Shown here: positions 8,855 to 17,371 of the stretch, in pieces
How the letters are laid out: the number at the start of each line of letters is the position of its first letter
Position numbering within the stretch: the stretch's first letter is position 1
Assembly (NCBI GenBank): GCA_026413625.1
Contig: JAOAKO010000003.1
Coordinates: 2,507-66,506, forward strand
DNA: 64,000 bases
DNA from: Candidatus Micrarchaeota archaeon
Lineage (GTDB): Archaea > Micrarchaeota > Micrarchaeia > CABMEP01
Direction: 5' to 3'
Notes under the pieces: generated by a model
What the model was told of the DNA's origin: nothing
What the model saw: only the letters and a program-made list of their open reading frames with translations
Database searches by the model: none
Translations under genes and position numbers: made by a program

Positions 8855-9376
8855 TTATCCCTTATTCTTTTGCATCAGAAGTTTAATTATCTCTTCTCCA
8901 AATTTTTTTGCTGCTTTTGGTCCGTTGGCCGTTACAATATTTCCATCTACAGTTACCGCTTCTCCGCTGTATTCTACACCCATCTTAATCAAGCTATCCT
9001 TTTCAGATGGGAATGAGGTTGCTTTCTTTCCTTTGAGTATTCCCGAATTTGCAAGTATCGAAGGAGCTATGCATATCCCCCCTATAATCTTTTTGAGTTC
9101 ATACGCTCTCCTTAAGATCCTATGAGCTTCTTCATCGTAAAAATAGACAGTGGCACCGCTTCCACCTACGAAAATAACAGCATCATATTCTTCAACATTT
9201 ACCTCTTTTAATCTGAATTTTATATCTACAGTTGCACCCAACATTCCCTTTGCTTTATTGACGTCCTTAGCCGCAATATCGACTATCAAGCCATTTGTTT
9301 CAAATATATTTTTCGGTTCAAATAACTCTTCGTCTCTAAAGTTTATTGGCGCAACAATCATCAGAATTTTATTCAT
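8855..9376 (-). CDS. DJ-1/PfpI family protein (class I glutamine amidotransferase-like)
   Basis: IIGGICIAPSILANSGILKGKKATSFP contains the nucleophile-elbow Cys. Size is 173 aa. The stop lies 1 nt from the start of the RSH gene, indicating an operon. Confidence 0.85.
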   Translation of the reverse strand: MNKILMIVAPINFRDEELFEPKNIFETNGLIVDIAAKDVNKAKGMLGATVDIKFRLKEVNVEEYDAVIFVGGSGATVYFYDEEAHRILRRAYELKKIIGGICIAPSILANSGILKGKKATSFPSEKDSLIKMGVEYSGEAVTVDGNIVTANGPKAAKKFGEEIIKLLMQKNKG

Positions 9377-9506
9377 TCTTTCACCTTAAAGTTATCAGTT
9401 CTTCGCTCCAATTTCCAATTTATAATATATAAATATAAAACATTAAAAAATACGCATATCCTGCCAGCTAAAAGAAGAATTTTAATATTAACGCAATTTA
9501 TAATTT

Positions 9507-9974
9507 ATGGAAAACTATTTAAAATTAGTAATTGCAATCCTGATTCCATTTTGTGCAGGCGCTGTTGGCTCATACTTTACATTCCCAGAAATTGATTCTT
9601 GGTATCAACTTTTAGCAAAGCCGAGCTTTAATCCGCCTAACTGGATATTTGGGCCAGTATGGTCGTTTTTATATCTACTAATCGGAATCTCATTTTACTT
9701 AATATGGAAAGAAAAAGAAATCTCTAAAAATCTCAGCATTTACAAATACTTCTTTATTCAGTTAGTGCTTAATACCTCATGGTCGTTAGTATTTTTCGGC
9801 TTAAAAAACATATTTTTCGCACTCCTATTGATAATCGTTTTATGGTTTTCTATCCTTCTTACAATTCTATCTTTTTATAAAGTTTCTAGGATTTCTGCAT
9901 ACCTGTTAATCCCCTATTTGATTTGGGTAAGTTTTGCCACAATTCTGAATTACTACGTCTATATTTTAAATTAA
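9507..9974 (+). CDS. tspO: TspO/MBR tryptophan-rich sensory protein
   Basis: Five TM helices. WYQLLAKPSFNPPNWIFGPVWSFLYLLIG is the TspO signature. Confidence 0.85.
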   Translation: MENYLKLVIAILIPFCAGAVGSYFTFPEIDSWYQLLAKPSFNPPNWIFGPVWSFLYLLIGISFYLIWKEKEISKNLSIYKYFFIQLVLNTSWSLVFFGLKNIFFALLLIIVLWFSILLTILSFYKVSRISAYLLIPYLIWVSFATILNYYVYILN

Positions 9975-9982
9975 AATTAGAG

Positions 9983-10082
9983 TGCGGCGGCCGGGATTTG
10001 AACCCGGGTTGCAGCCTTTTTGCGCCATTGTATTTATGTCGCATGGCAAGGCCGCGTCCTAACCAGACTAGACTACCGCCGC
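9983..10082 (-). tRNA. tRNA-Gly(GCC) with a 26-nt intron at the canonical 37/38 position
   Basis: The reverse complement folds as GCGGCGG-TA-GTCT-AGTCTGGTTA-GGAC-G-CGGCC-TTGCCA[26 nt]A-GGCTG-CAAC-CCGGG-TTCAAAT-CCCGG-CCGCCGC-A. The intron segment ATGGC can pair with GCCAT of the anticodon loop, which is BHB-like. No CCA is encoded. Confidence 0.8.
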
Positions 10083-10137
10083 AAGTCAACAAGTGTATAA
10101 ATATACATATCAGATTTTAAAAACTTATTGAATTTAT

Positions 10138-11460
10138 TCACAATCCCAACAAAATTGCTATTGCAATGAGCGCAACAGCTGCGACTACGAATAATCCAAT
10201 GAATATCTGAAATTCATTAGGCAAACTTTGTATGTCAGTGTATTTTTCTGCAAGACTTTGTTCGATATAAATTCTTTCAAAAGAGCTCTCCATTACCTCG
10301 TAGTCCGTTATTAACGTGCTCGGAAATATATATTTTATATTTGGATTTAGAGGCGGAAGTTTAAGGTTTATCTCAATTTGATGGATTTTCTTTGGTTCGA
10401 CCATTATTTGCCGTATGCAATTAGAACACTCAACTGAAACTGGAGGTATAAACATCGCGCTTAAAAAAATAGGCGCTTCCACCCGATTTTTTAATTTAAT
10501 TATCACTGGTTGATTCTGATCTAGTTGTGGCTGAGGAGAATAAACAATGTCAATATCTATTGGCTTTTCTTCAGTATAATTGATTATTTGGATTTCTACT
10601 TTCTCATCAAGATTTATCTTACTTGCGTCTTTAGATGTTGCACTTATGGAGTCATGGAGGTGGGATATATCGTTTGAGTACCCCATTCTTACTCTTAGTG
10701 CATTAAGATTCATAAATTGATTATGAGTAGGATCAATTTCAATCCATCCATATCCTTTAACATATGATTCCGTCCATGCATGAGGTATCCATTTGCCATC
10801 TACGTAGACATATCCGATTATCAACCTAGTGGGATAACCTCTATCCCTTGCAATCGCGGCAAATAGGTTAGAGAATTCATCGCATACGCCGGTTCTTTTT
10901 TGAAGAACCCAATCGGACGGCATAGTGCTAGCGGTTATGTCCGTTATCGTCACGTCGCTATAGGAAGAATTGTATTTTATGTTTTTATATATCCAATTCT
11001 GTATTTCATACAAATTATAAGGCTCGGCGGATACAAATAGTCTGCTCAGGTTTTTAATTTCATCATTAATTATAACGTATTTTGTTTCTTTTAAGTTATT
11101 TTCATCATATCGTCCAGTTTCTGCGTTTTTATTTCGATTTATATAATCTGTTTCAACAACAAAATTAGCCGTTATTCTTTTTGATCTGATGCCTCCAAAT
11201 TCAAATCTTATTTTCGATTCTGCATCTGCCACTATGCTATATGGATCAGAAAAATAAGAGCTGATTATTTTTTGATTCTGTGTATCTGTGGGTATGGTGA
11301 CGTCAAGCGTCGCATTTTCAAGCACTCCATTTGAGATGATGTCCCAATGGATTGTAACGTTTAGCAATGCTTTCGTTGGTCTGGCATCTAAAACAGACAC
11401 GAACAGCATTAGAAAAATTGCTATGACTTCTATTTTAAGTGCACTACGACTATAAGTCAT
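10138..11460 (-). CDS. membrane-anchored transglutaminase-like protein
   Basis: N-terminal signal/TM and C-terminal TM (FIGLFVVAAVALIAIAILLGL). The Cys-His-Asp core is GVCDEFSNLFAAIARDRGYPTR ... PHAWTE ... IEIDPT. Confidence 0.8.
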   Translation of the reverse strand: MTYSRSALKIEVIAIFLMLFVSVLDARPTKALLNVTIHWDIISNGVLENATLDVTIPTDTQNQKIISSYFSDPYSIVADAESKIRFEFGGIRSKRITANFVVETDYINRNKNAETGRYDENNLKETKYVIINDEIKNLSRLFVSAEPYNLYEIQNWIYKNIKYNSSYSDVTITDITASTMPSDWVLQKRTGVCDEFSNLFAAIARDRGYPTRLIIGYVYVDGKWIPHAWTESYVKGYGWIEIDPTHNQFMNLNALRVRMGYSNDISHLHDSISATSKDASKINLDEKVEIQIINYTEEKPIDIDIVYSPQPQLDQNQPVIIKLKNRVEAPIFLSAMFIPPVSVECSNCIRQIMVEPKKIHQIEINLKLPPLNPNIKYIFPSTLITDYEVMESSFERIYIEQSLAEKYTDIQSLPNEFQIFIGLFVVAAVALIAIAILLGL

Positions 11461-11503
11461 AATCTACTATGCATCAAAATTAATTAAATTGTTTTTATTT
11501 CAA

Positions 11504-11576
11504 TGCCGCGGGGCGGATTTGAACCACCAACCTTTCGGTCTTCAGCCGAATGCTCTCCCAATTGAGCTACCGCGGC
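11504..11576 (-). tRNA. tRNA-Phe(GAA)
   Basis: The reverse complement folds as GCCGCGG-TA-GCTC-AATTGGGA-GAGC-A-TTCGG-CTGAAGA-CCGAA-AGGTT-GGTGG-TTCAAAT-CCGCC-CCGCGGC-A. This is a clean cloverleaf of 73 nt with no intron. Confidence 0.9.
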
Positions 11577-11628
11577 TTCGGCATGAACGAATACATTATG
11601 TCATTTAATTTTTAAATTGTTTTGTTTT

Positions 11629-12009
11629 TCATATTATGTCAGCTATCCTTCTATTTATTTCTAGCATTTTCTTTTTTGTTATGGAATAAGATCTTTCATT
11701 TTTTTCTAATTCCGGAAGGTATGCAAAGTACCATCCTTCGTAAGGCATTTTCCACGCTATCAGAGTTGTTATACCGGTATTTTCTTCCCATCTGATAAGT
11801 GATTCATACTTTTCATGATCTATCGCAATTCTGTCGCTATTCCAAGCCTTGCACTCCATTGCGTATTGTTTTCCTCTTTTGAACAGAAGTATATCTGGGC
11901 TTACTGCGTTTACCCCGCTTCCTGCAGACCTTACTACGCTATATCCTTGTTCTTCAAATATATGGATAAGCTCCCTTTCGTTTCTGGCACCTTTTTTATA
12001 CCTATACAT
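11629..12009 (-). CDS. hjc: Holliday junction resolvase Hjc
   Basis: KKGARNERELIHIFEEQGYSVVRSAGSG ... SPDILLFKRGKQYAMECK contains the PD-(D/E)XK Hjc motifs. Size is 126 aa. Confidence 0.85.
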   Translation of the reverse strand: MYRYKKGARNERELIHIFEEQGYSVVRSAGSGVNAVSPDILLFKRGKQYAMECKAWNSDRIAIDHEKYESLIRWEENTGITTLIAWKMPYEGWYFAYLPELEKNERSYSITKKKMLEINRRIADII

Positions 12010-12089
12010 CGAATCAGCCTGATTTAAATTGCATATTTATCTTATAAGAGAGATTTATAAATTGTTGTCTTAAATATAATCATTACTTA

Positions 12090-12704
12090 ATGGGTGGAAT
12101 CATGGTTGAAACACAGGGACCGATTAGACGATTTATAAAAATATTGAGGGGCGAGAGACCTTCTATTCCATTAGAAGCAGTTATGCAAAAGGGAGTTGTA
12201 GTATTAGAATCTTCAAAATCTGCACTTGACGCAGCTAAGACAATGGAAAAGAATAAAATAGGCTCAATTATAGTGGTTGAAAAGGGGAAAGCAGTCGGGA
12301 TCGTAACTGAAAGAGACCTGGTTAGACGAGTTATTGCGGCAAAGAAAAAGCCCACAGTTAAGCTCAAACAGATTCTTTCTTCCCCTCTTAGAGTCGCAAG
12401 ACCAGAACAGGATATACAAGAAGCAGTGCTTGCAATGAAGAAATATAAGATAAAGAAGTTGGCAGTTGTCGATGATAAAGGAAGACTTGTGGGCATTGTC
12501 ACAGACACGGACATAACCAGGGCGCTTCCAGGCATGATTGACATTCTTCAAGAGATTGGAAATTATAATAGGCTATCAGAGGAATCGCAATCAGTGGGCA
12601 TCTGCCAAAAATGCGGCCTTTATTCAGACACTCTCCAAAACGTAAACGGAGAGTTTCTTTGCGAGGAATGCAGAGAGGAAGAGTCAGAAGAGTACGAGCA
12701 ATGA
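12090..12704 (+). CDS. CBS-domain pair protein with C-terminal zinc ribbon
   Basis: There are two CBS motifs (IGSIIVVEKGKAVGIVTERDL and KLAVVDDKGRLVGIVTDTDI). The C-terminus has CQKCG...CEECREE. Confidence 0.8.
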   Translation: MGGIMVETQGPIRRFIKILRGERPSIPLEAVMQKGVVVLESSKSALDAAKTMEKNKIGSIIVVEKGKAVGIVTERDLVRRVIAAKKKPTVKLKQILSSPLRVARPEQDIQEAVLAMKKYKIKKLAVVDDKGRLVGIVTDTDITRALPGMIDILQEIGNYNRLSEESQSVGICQKCGLYSDTLQNVNGEFLCEECREEESEEYEQ

Positions 12705-12810
12705 ATTATCTAAAAACAATATCAAAATAGAAAGGTTTAAAAATAAGCATGACTTAATCATTATAAGTGTAACATTATTGGCTAGGCAGTTGATGCCTAA
12801 AATCTAAAAC

Positions 12811-13296
12811 ATGAAAACAGACATTGTCAAACAAAAGCTTAAGACTTTAAAAAGGGTGCTTGAGCACCTTAATACCTCTAGAGTAATTGTTCTCGTTGAA
12901 GGAAAACGTGATATTCATGCTCTTAGAAACTCACATTTCTATGAAGGAGAAATCATACAAATATCTAACAGAAAGCCACATGAATTAGCACAGCTTTTGC
13001 TTGGCAGTGACAAAACCGTTGTAATCTTAACCGACTATGATGAGGCTGGAGAACAGCTTCTTGAGAGATTTGCGGACGAACTTACCGCAAATAACATAAA
13101 GGTCGATATTACAACGAGAAAAACACTGCGTTGGATTTTAGGCATGAATACCATAGAAGAAATTTCAACCGCTTATGCTGATTTTGTTGCACAGATTACA
13201 TGTGCACAGCACGAATTGTGCCTGACAGAGGAAGCATTGGCTCCAATAAGGAACGAAATTGTGCTTCTCAATAAGGGCAATTCAAGGGTGCACTAA
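12811..13296 (+). CDS. small Toprim-domain protein
   Basis: Toprim acidic motifs are RVIVLVEGKRDIHAL and VVILTDYDEAGEQL. Size is 161 aa. It lies immediately upstream of dnaG. Confidence 0.7.
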   Translation: MKTDIVKQKLKTLKRVLEHLNTSRVIVLVEGKRDIHALRNSHFYEGEIIQISNRKPHELAQLLLGSDKTVVILTDYDEAGEQLLERFADELTANNIKVDITTRKTLRWILGMNTIEEISTAYADFVAQITCAQHELCLTEEALAPIRNEIVLLNKGNSRVH

Positions 13297-13346
13297 AATA
13301 AAAAACAAATAAAAGAAAGCACGCTAGTGCATCAACAGGTGATAAA

Positions 13347-14612
13347 ATGGGTAAGATTTACATAGATACTGTTAAGTATGTAATTCATGCAAATGTAGAG
13401 ATAACAGGTTTGGTTGAAAAACCAGATGTGGTAGGAGCAATATTCGGTCAGACAGAAGGACTTTTGGGAGAAGAGCTCGATCTTAGAGAGCTCCAGAAAA
13501 ACGGAAGAATTGGGAGAATAGAAGTCAACCTTCAACCCAAAGGGAACAAATCTGTAGGAACCATAGAAGTCCCTTCAAGTCTTGATCTTGTTGAGACATG
13601 TATAATTGCATCAGCTCTTGAAACTGTTGATAGAGTCGGTCCTTGCGAGGCGTATATAAATGTGCAAAGAGTCGAAGATACAAGGAATGTAAAAAGGAAA
13701 AAAGTGGTTGAACGAGCAAAGGAGCTCGTCAAGAAAATGGTCACAACCGAAATACCAGAAAGAAAAGAACTTTCGGAGCTTGTTCGTGCGGAAGTAAAGA
13801 CAGCGGAAATCTCTTCTTACGGTCCGGAAAAACTCCCAGCGGGACCGAATCTTGACGCTGCAGACTCTATAATACTTGTAGAAGGAAGGGCAGACGTCAT
13901 CAACCTGCTGAAGAATGACATTAACAATGTGATTGCAATAGGCGGAGCAAACGTGCCTAAGACAATAATCGACCTCTGCAAGAAGAAGGAAGTAACCCTA
14001 TTTGTTGATGGAGACAGGGGAGGCGAAATAATAATGAGAGAAGTTCTAAACAATTGCGAGGTTGATTATCTGGCAAGAGCACCGACTGGAACTGAAGTTG
14101 AGGAGCTAACGAGAAAAGAAATTCTCAAATCCTTAAGGTCAAGGGTTCCGGTAGAACAGGCAGACACTTTAAAAAGAAGAAAGGAAGAGGGTACTTTTGA
14201 ACAGCAATACAGATCCGCTGTTCAGAGGGAATCATTTCCTTCAGCTCAGCAACCCCAACAGATCAAGACTGAGTTTCCTTCTACACAGCCAAAGCTTCAG
14301 GAATCCGAATCCACAGCGCCAACAGGTATTCCAGAAAACATACAATCAGAACTAAATTCTCTTGAAGGTTCTTTAAAGGCAAAATTTTATGACGAACAAA
14401 TGAATGTTTTAGGAGAAGTGCCTGTTAGAGATGTCACAAAAGCACTCCAAGAAACAAAAGGTGTTTCAGTAGTAATACTTGACGGAATAATAACACAGAG
14501 ACTTGTTGATCTTACTGAAACATTAAACATAAAAACAATTGCAGGAATAAAAATGGGCAATGTATTCAGAAAACCACAGAATCTTCAGATATTTGTCAAG
14601 CAACAGGTTTAA
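13347..14612 (+). CDS. dnaG: archaeal DnaG primase / exosome-associated Toprim protein
   Basis: The N-terminus YIDTVKYVIHANVEITGLVEKPDVVGAIFGQTEGLLG is characteristic. The Toprim domain is ILVEGRADVINL ... LFVDGDRGGE. Confidence 0.9.
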   Translation: MGKIYIDTVKYVIHANVEITGLVEKPDVVGAIFGQTEGLLGEELDLRELQKNGRIGRIEVNLQPKGNKSVGTIEVPSSLDLVETCIIASALETVDRVGPCEAYINVQRVEDTRNVKRKKVVERAKELVKKMVTTEIPERKELSELVRAEVKTAEISSYGPEKLPAGPNLDAADSIILVEGRADVINLLKNDINNVIAIGGANVPKTIIDLCKKKEVTLFVDGDRGGEIIMREVLNNCEVDYLARAPTGTEVEELTRKEILKSLRSRVPVEQADTLKRRKEEGTFEQQYRSAVQRESFPSAQQPQQIKTEFPSTQPKLQESESTAPTGIPENIQSELNSLEGSLKAKFYDEQMNVLGEVPVRDVTKALQETKGVSVVILDGIITQRLVDLTETLNIKTIAGIKMGNVFRKPQNLQIFVKQQV

Positions 14613-14674
14613 TTTTTTGATTTTTATTTATTTTATTCTTTTTATGCAGCATTTCATAGCCATAAAATTTAGAT

Positions 14675-15706
14675 TTATTTGTATCTAAATCTTAATATTC
14701 CAGCCACTCCTCCGAATTTTTGTAATTTTTTCCACGGTTCCTCACCAGAAGTAAAGACTGTGATTTCAACTCCCTTCGCCTTTGCCTCGTCTAAGATTTC
14801 AGGATGATGCCTTGCATATTCATCTAGTATATATATCTCAGCAAGCGCCCCATATTGGTTGGCTTCATTAACTTCTTCGGCCCCTTTCACCGCCAAACCG
14901 CTGTTTCTTCCAAGTTCTGTCATTAATTTTTCTAACTTTTCAAATTCACGCGTTATTCTATCTTCTTTCATTATCTGCTTAACAGTACCGCTTTTGATCA
15001 GTTCGTAAATGCCGCTTTTTTCGGCAGTACTTGCATGCTCAATGGTTATATTTTTAAGCAAATCAGGATGTTTGTTTTTAATATAATTTCTGAACGATTC
15101 CGCAGTAAACCCCGGCCCTGCGACAAGAACTCGCTTAGAATTTTGCACAATCTTTGCCAGTTCTGCAAAATATTTGTTTATTTTTTCCTCATATGCATCA
15201 TCACGCTTGGAAGTTCTGCTTTCAAGTTCAAAATCAAATTCAATCCCATAGCTCTTAAGGGTAGCGACATTAGCTATTTTATCGTCCATGACAATGATTC
15301 TTAATATCGGCCGCTTGCTGCTTTTTTCAGAATCTTTGATCCTGTCAAGCTCATAAGTGTTCCATTTTTCCTTCTTTATCTTATACTGGTAACCAACCTC
15401 AAAGTCTATCGTGTGATGGCTTCCTTTTTGGACATATTCTTCCGGGCTTCCAGAAAGTATTACACCCATTACACGCAATATATTCGCATTTTTATGCAAT
15501 TCAGTTCTTTCAACTTTCAATTCTATTGTAACCTCTTTTTTCTCTCCTGATTCCCCTTTTTCGCCTTCCGATCTGAATCTTCTAATAGTCTTGCCGATAA
15601 CGATATCTCCAGGATTTATTATTTTCATTAAATGCCATAAATCCTCAAAATTCTCAGGCTCTATTTTCATTTCATTATTTCTCTGATCAAATTTGATTAC
15701 CTTCAT
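14675..15706 (-). CDS. pelA: Pelota (Dom34) ribosome-rescue factor
   Basis: The N-terminal domain has PENFEDLWHLMKIINPGD. The central and eRF1-like C-terminal domains are present, and the product is 343 aa. Confidence 0.9.
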   Translation of the reverse strand: MKVIKFDQRNNEMKIEPENFEDLWHLMKIINPGDIVIGKTIRRFRSEGEKGESGEKKEVTIELKVERTELHKNANILRVMGVILSGSPEEYVQKGSHHTIDFEVGYQYKIKKEKWNTYELDRIKDSEKSSKRPILRIIVMDDKIANVATLKSYGIEFDFELESRTSKRDDAYEEKINKYFAELAKIVQNSKRVLVAGPGFTAESFRNYIKNKHPDLLKNITIEHASTAEKSGIYELIKSGTVKQIMKEDRITREFEKLEKLMTELGRNSGLAVKGAEEVNEANQYGALAEIYILDEYARHHPEILDEAKAKGVEITVFTSGEEPWKKLQKFGGVAGILRFRYK

Positions 15707-15832
15707 ATAATCATTCTTCCTGCCAATATTTACTTTAATAACTTAGCTATATATAATATTTAAATATTTAAGTGATGTATTAATTTGTAGTGATACTAAA
15801 TTATTTAAAGGCGCAACTTATAGAGTGATTTT

Positions 15833-16849
15833 ATGAACATGAACAAAGCAATCCTATTGTCTTTGGCATTAATAATAGGCATTGTATTTTTTTCTGGATG
15901 TACGTCCACGAAAAAATGCAATTTAGATTCTGATTGTGGTAGTTGGCAAATGTGCAATAATTCAAAATGCATCGCAGCACCGGGCTTTTGCGATTCTAAC
16001 AATGACTGTGCCTCACATGAGCAATGCAACGTTAAAACACACACATGCGTCGTAAGGACCGGAATGTGCAACGCCAACTCCGACTGTCCAGACTGGCAGG
16101 AATGTGATACAGCAACTCACGAATGTAAGGTCAAATTAGGATATTGCATAGATAGCACTTACTGTACTAAGGATTACGAAGTATGCGATTCAATGACCCA
16201 TCTCTGCATCCCTAAAGAAGGCAGGTGCAATAACGATTATGACTGCGAGGGATGGCAGCTCTGTAATACTACAACAAACATGTGCTATCCTAGAGAAGGA
16301 TATTGCTTCACAAGACTTGACTGTAACCTTTGGGAAGAATGCGATGAAAGAACTAATAAATGCAAAGTTAGGGAAGGTTACTGTGCAAACGATGGCAACT
16401 GTCAGAAATGGCAAATTTGCGATTTAACAACACATAGGTGCGAAGTAGCGCCAAAGTATTGTGAAAAGGATTCCCAATGTGAAAGCTGGCAATATTGTCA
16501 GGTTTCTTCACATCAGTGCGTTGCAAGAAAAGGGTACTGCAGTTCAACTTCTGACTGTGCAGGAGGATATTCGGGTTATGAGACATGCGATCCAGTAACC
16601 CATAAGTGTATTCTTGTAGCTGGAAGGTGTGCATCAGATTCCGACTGCAAGAGTTGGGAATATTGCGACGCAACTAATAAGGTATGCAAGGTTAAACCAG
16701 GTTACTGTAATACAAACAATGACTGTGCAAGATCAGAAGCTTGTGACGTATCAATACACAGATGCTATAACTTGTATTGCGTGACCGATGCTGATTGTGA
16801 TTCCGGATACAAGTGTTCATTTGTAACCAGGTCTTGCTATAAAATCTAA
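15833..16849 (+). CDS. secreted/lipobox cysteine-rich repeat protein (12 tandem 4-Cys modules)
   Basis: A signal peptide ends in the lipobox-like FFSGC. It is followed by 12 modules of ~26 aa with the pattern C-x5-C-x5-C-x6-C-x5-G-[YRMF], for example CNANSDCPDWQECDTATHECKVKLGY. Confidence 0.8.
   Translation: MNMNKAILLSLALIIGIVFFSGCTSTKKCNLDSDCGSWQMCNNSKCIAAPGFCDSNNDCASHEQCNVKTHTCVVRTGMCNANSDCPDWQECDTATHECKVKLGYCIDSTYCTKDYEVCDSMTHLCIPKEGRCNNDYDCEGWQLCNTTTNMCYPREGYCFTRLDCNLWEECDERTNKCKVREGYCANDGNCQKWQICDLTTHRCEVAPKYCEKDSQCESWQYCQVSSHQCVARKGYCSSTSDCAGGYSGYETCDPVTHKCILVAGRCASDSDCKSWEYCDATNKVCKVKPGYCNTNNDCARSEACDVSIHRCYNLYCVTDADCDSGYKCSFVTRSCYKI
15917..16846 (+). repeat. tandem coding repeat, period ~78 nt (26 codons), 12 copies, diverged
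   Basis: The repeat boundaries were read from the protein: each unit starts with Cys and ends at Gly-aromatic/basic. Copies are diverged at the nucleotide level. Confidence 0.75.
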
Positions 16850-16877
16850 TTTTTTATTTTTTTAAGATCCAGGTGGA

Positions 16878-17345
16878 TTGATGCTTAATGAGATAACCTT
16901 TTTTTTATTCCAGCATCTGCAAAATCCATTTATAGTATCATTTATCCTAGGCATGCTTCCTATTTCAGAAGTCAGAGGTGCCGTGATTTATGCGTTTTCT
17001 ATAGACCAGCCGCTTGCCATTATACCCGCTATATTTTCAAACATACTAATATGTCCTGTGATACTATTATTTTGGAAGATGCTAAACGTGCAAAAAATAG
17101 GTGAGTTCATACTTGGAAAATCGCTTGATAAAAAACTTCTGAGGTTTTCAAAAAACTACGAGTCACAAGGAATACTGGCTCTCATTGTTTTTATAGGTAT
17201 TCCTTTTCCTGCTACAGGGGTTTATACTGCTACTTTTTTGGCAGAAATGATTGGAATAAGTAGATGGAAAATAATAGCTGGATCAGCTTTAGGCGTTTTG
17301 ATTTCAGCGTCAGTGACAGCAATGCTTTTAACACACCTATTATAA
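16878..17345 (+). CDS. small integral membrane protein (possibly small multidrug-export-like family)
   Basis: 155 aa with ~4 TM helices. The N-terminal LGMLPISEVRGAVIYA resembles the PisElRG motif I associate with that family. Confidence 0.5.
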   Translation: MMLNEITFFLFQHLQNPFIVSFILGMLPISEVRGAVIYAFSIDQPLAIIPAIFSNILICPVILLFWKMLNVQKIGEFILGKSLDKKLLRFSKNYESQGILALIVFIGIPFPATGVYTATFLAEMIGISRWKIIAGSALGVLISASVTAMLLTHLL

Positions 17346-17371
17346 TTTCTAAAAAAACAAAAAGAAAAAGA

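Noticed and set aside
7219-9125. Cluster of plus-strand ORFs (104-204 aa) across the RSH and DJ-1 genes
   Set aside because: All are antisense to genes with clear domain signatures. Their sequences are Phe/Ser/Leu-rich, overlap one another in different frames, and have no start context.
9886-10120. 68-aa minus-strand and 65-aa plus-strand ORFs
   Set aside because: Both run through the tRNA-Gly gene. The GC-rich tRNA sequence creates stop-free frames by chance.
12083-12551. 153-aa and 95-aa minus-strand ORFs
   Set aside because: They are antisense to the CBS-domain gene, whose two CBS motifs and zinc ribbon are unambiguous. Their composition is low-complexity.
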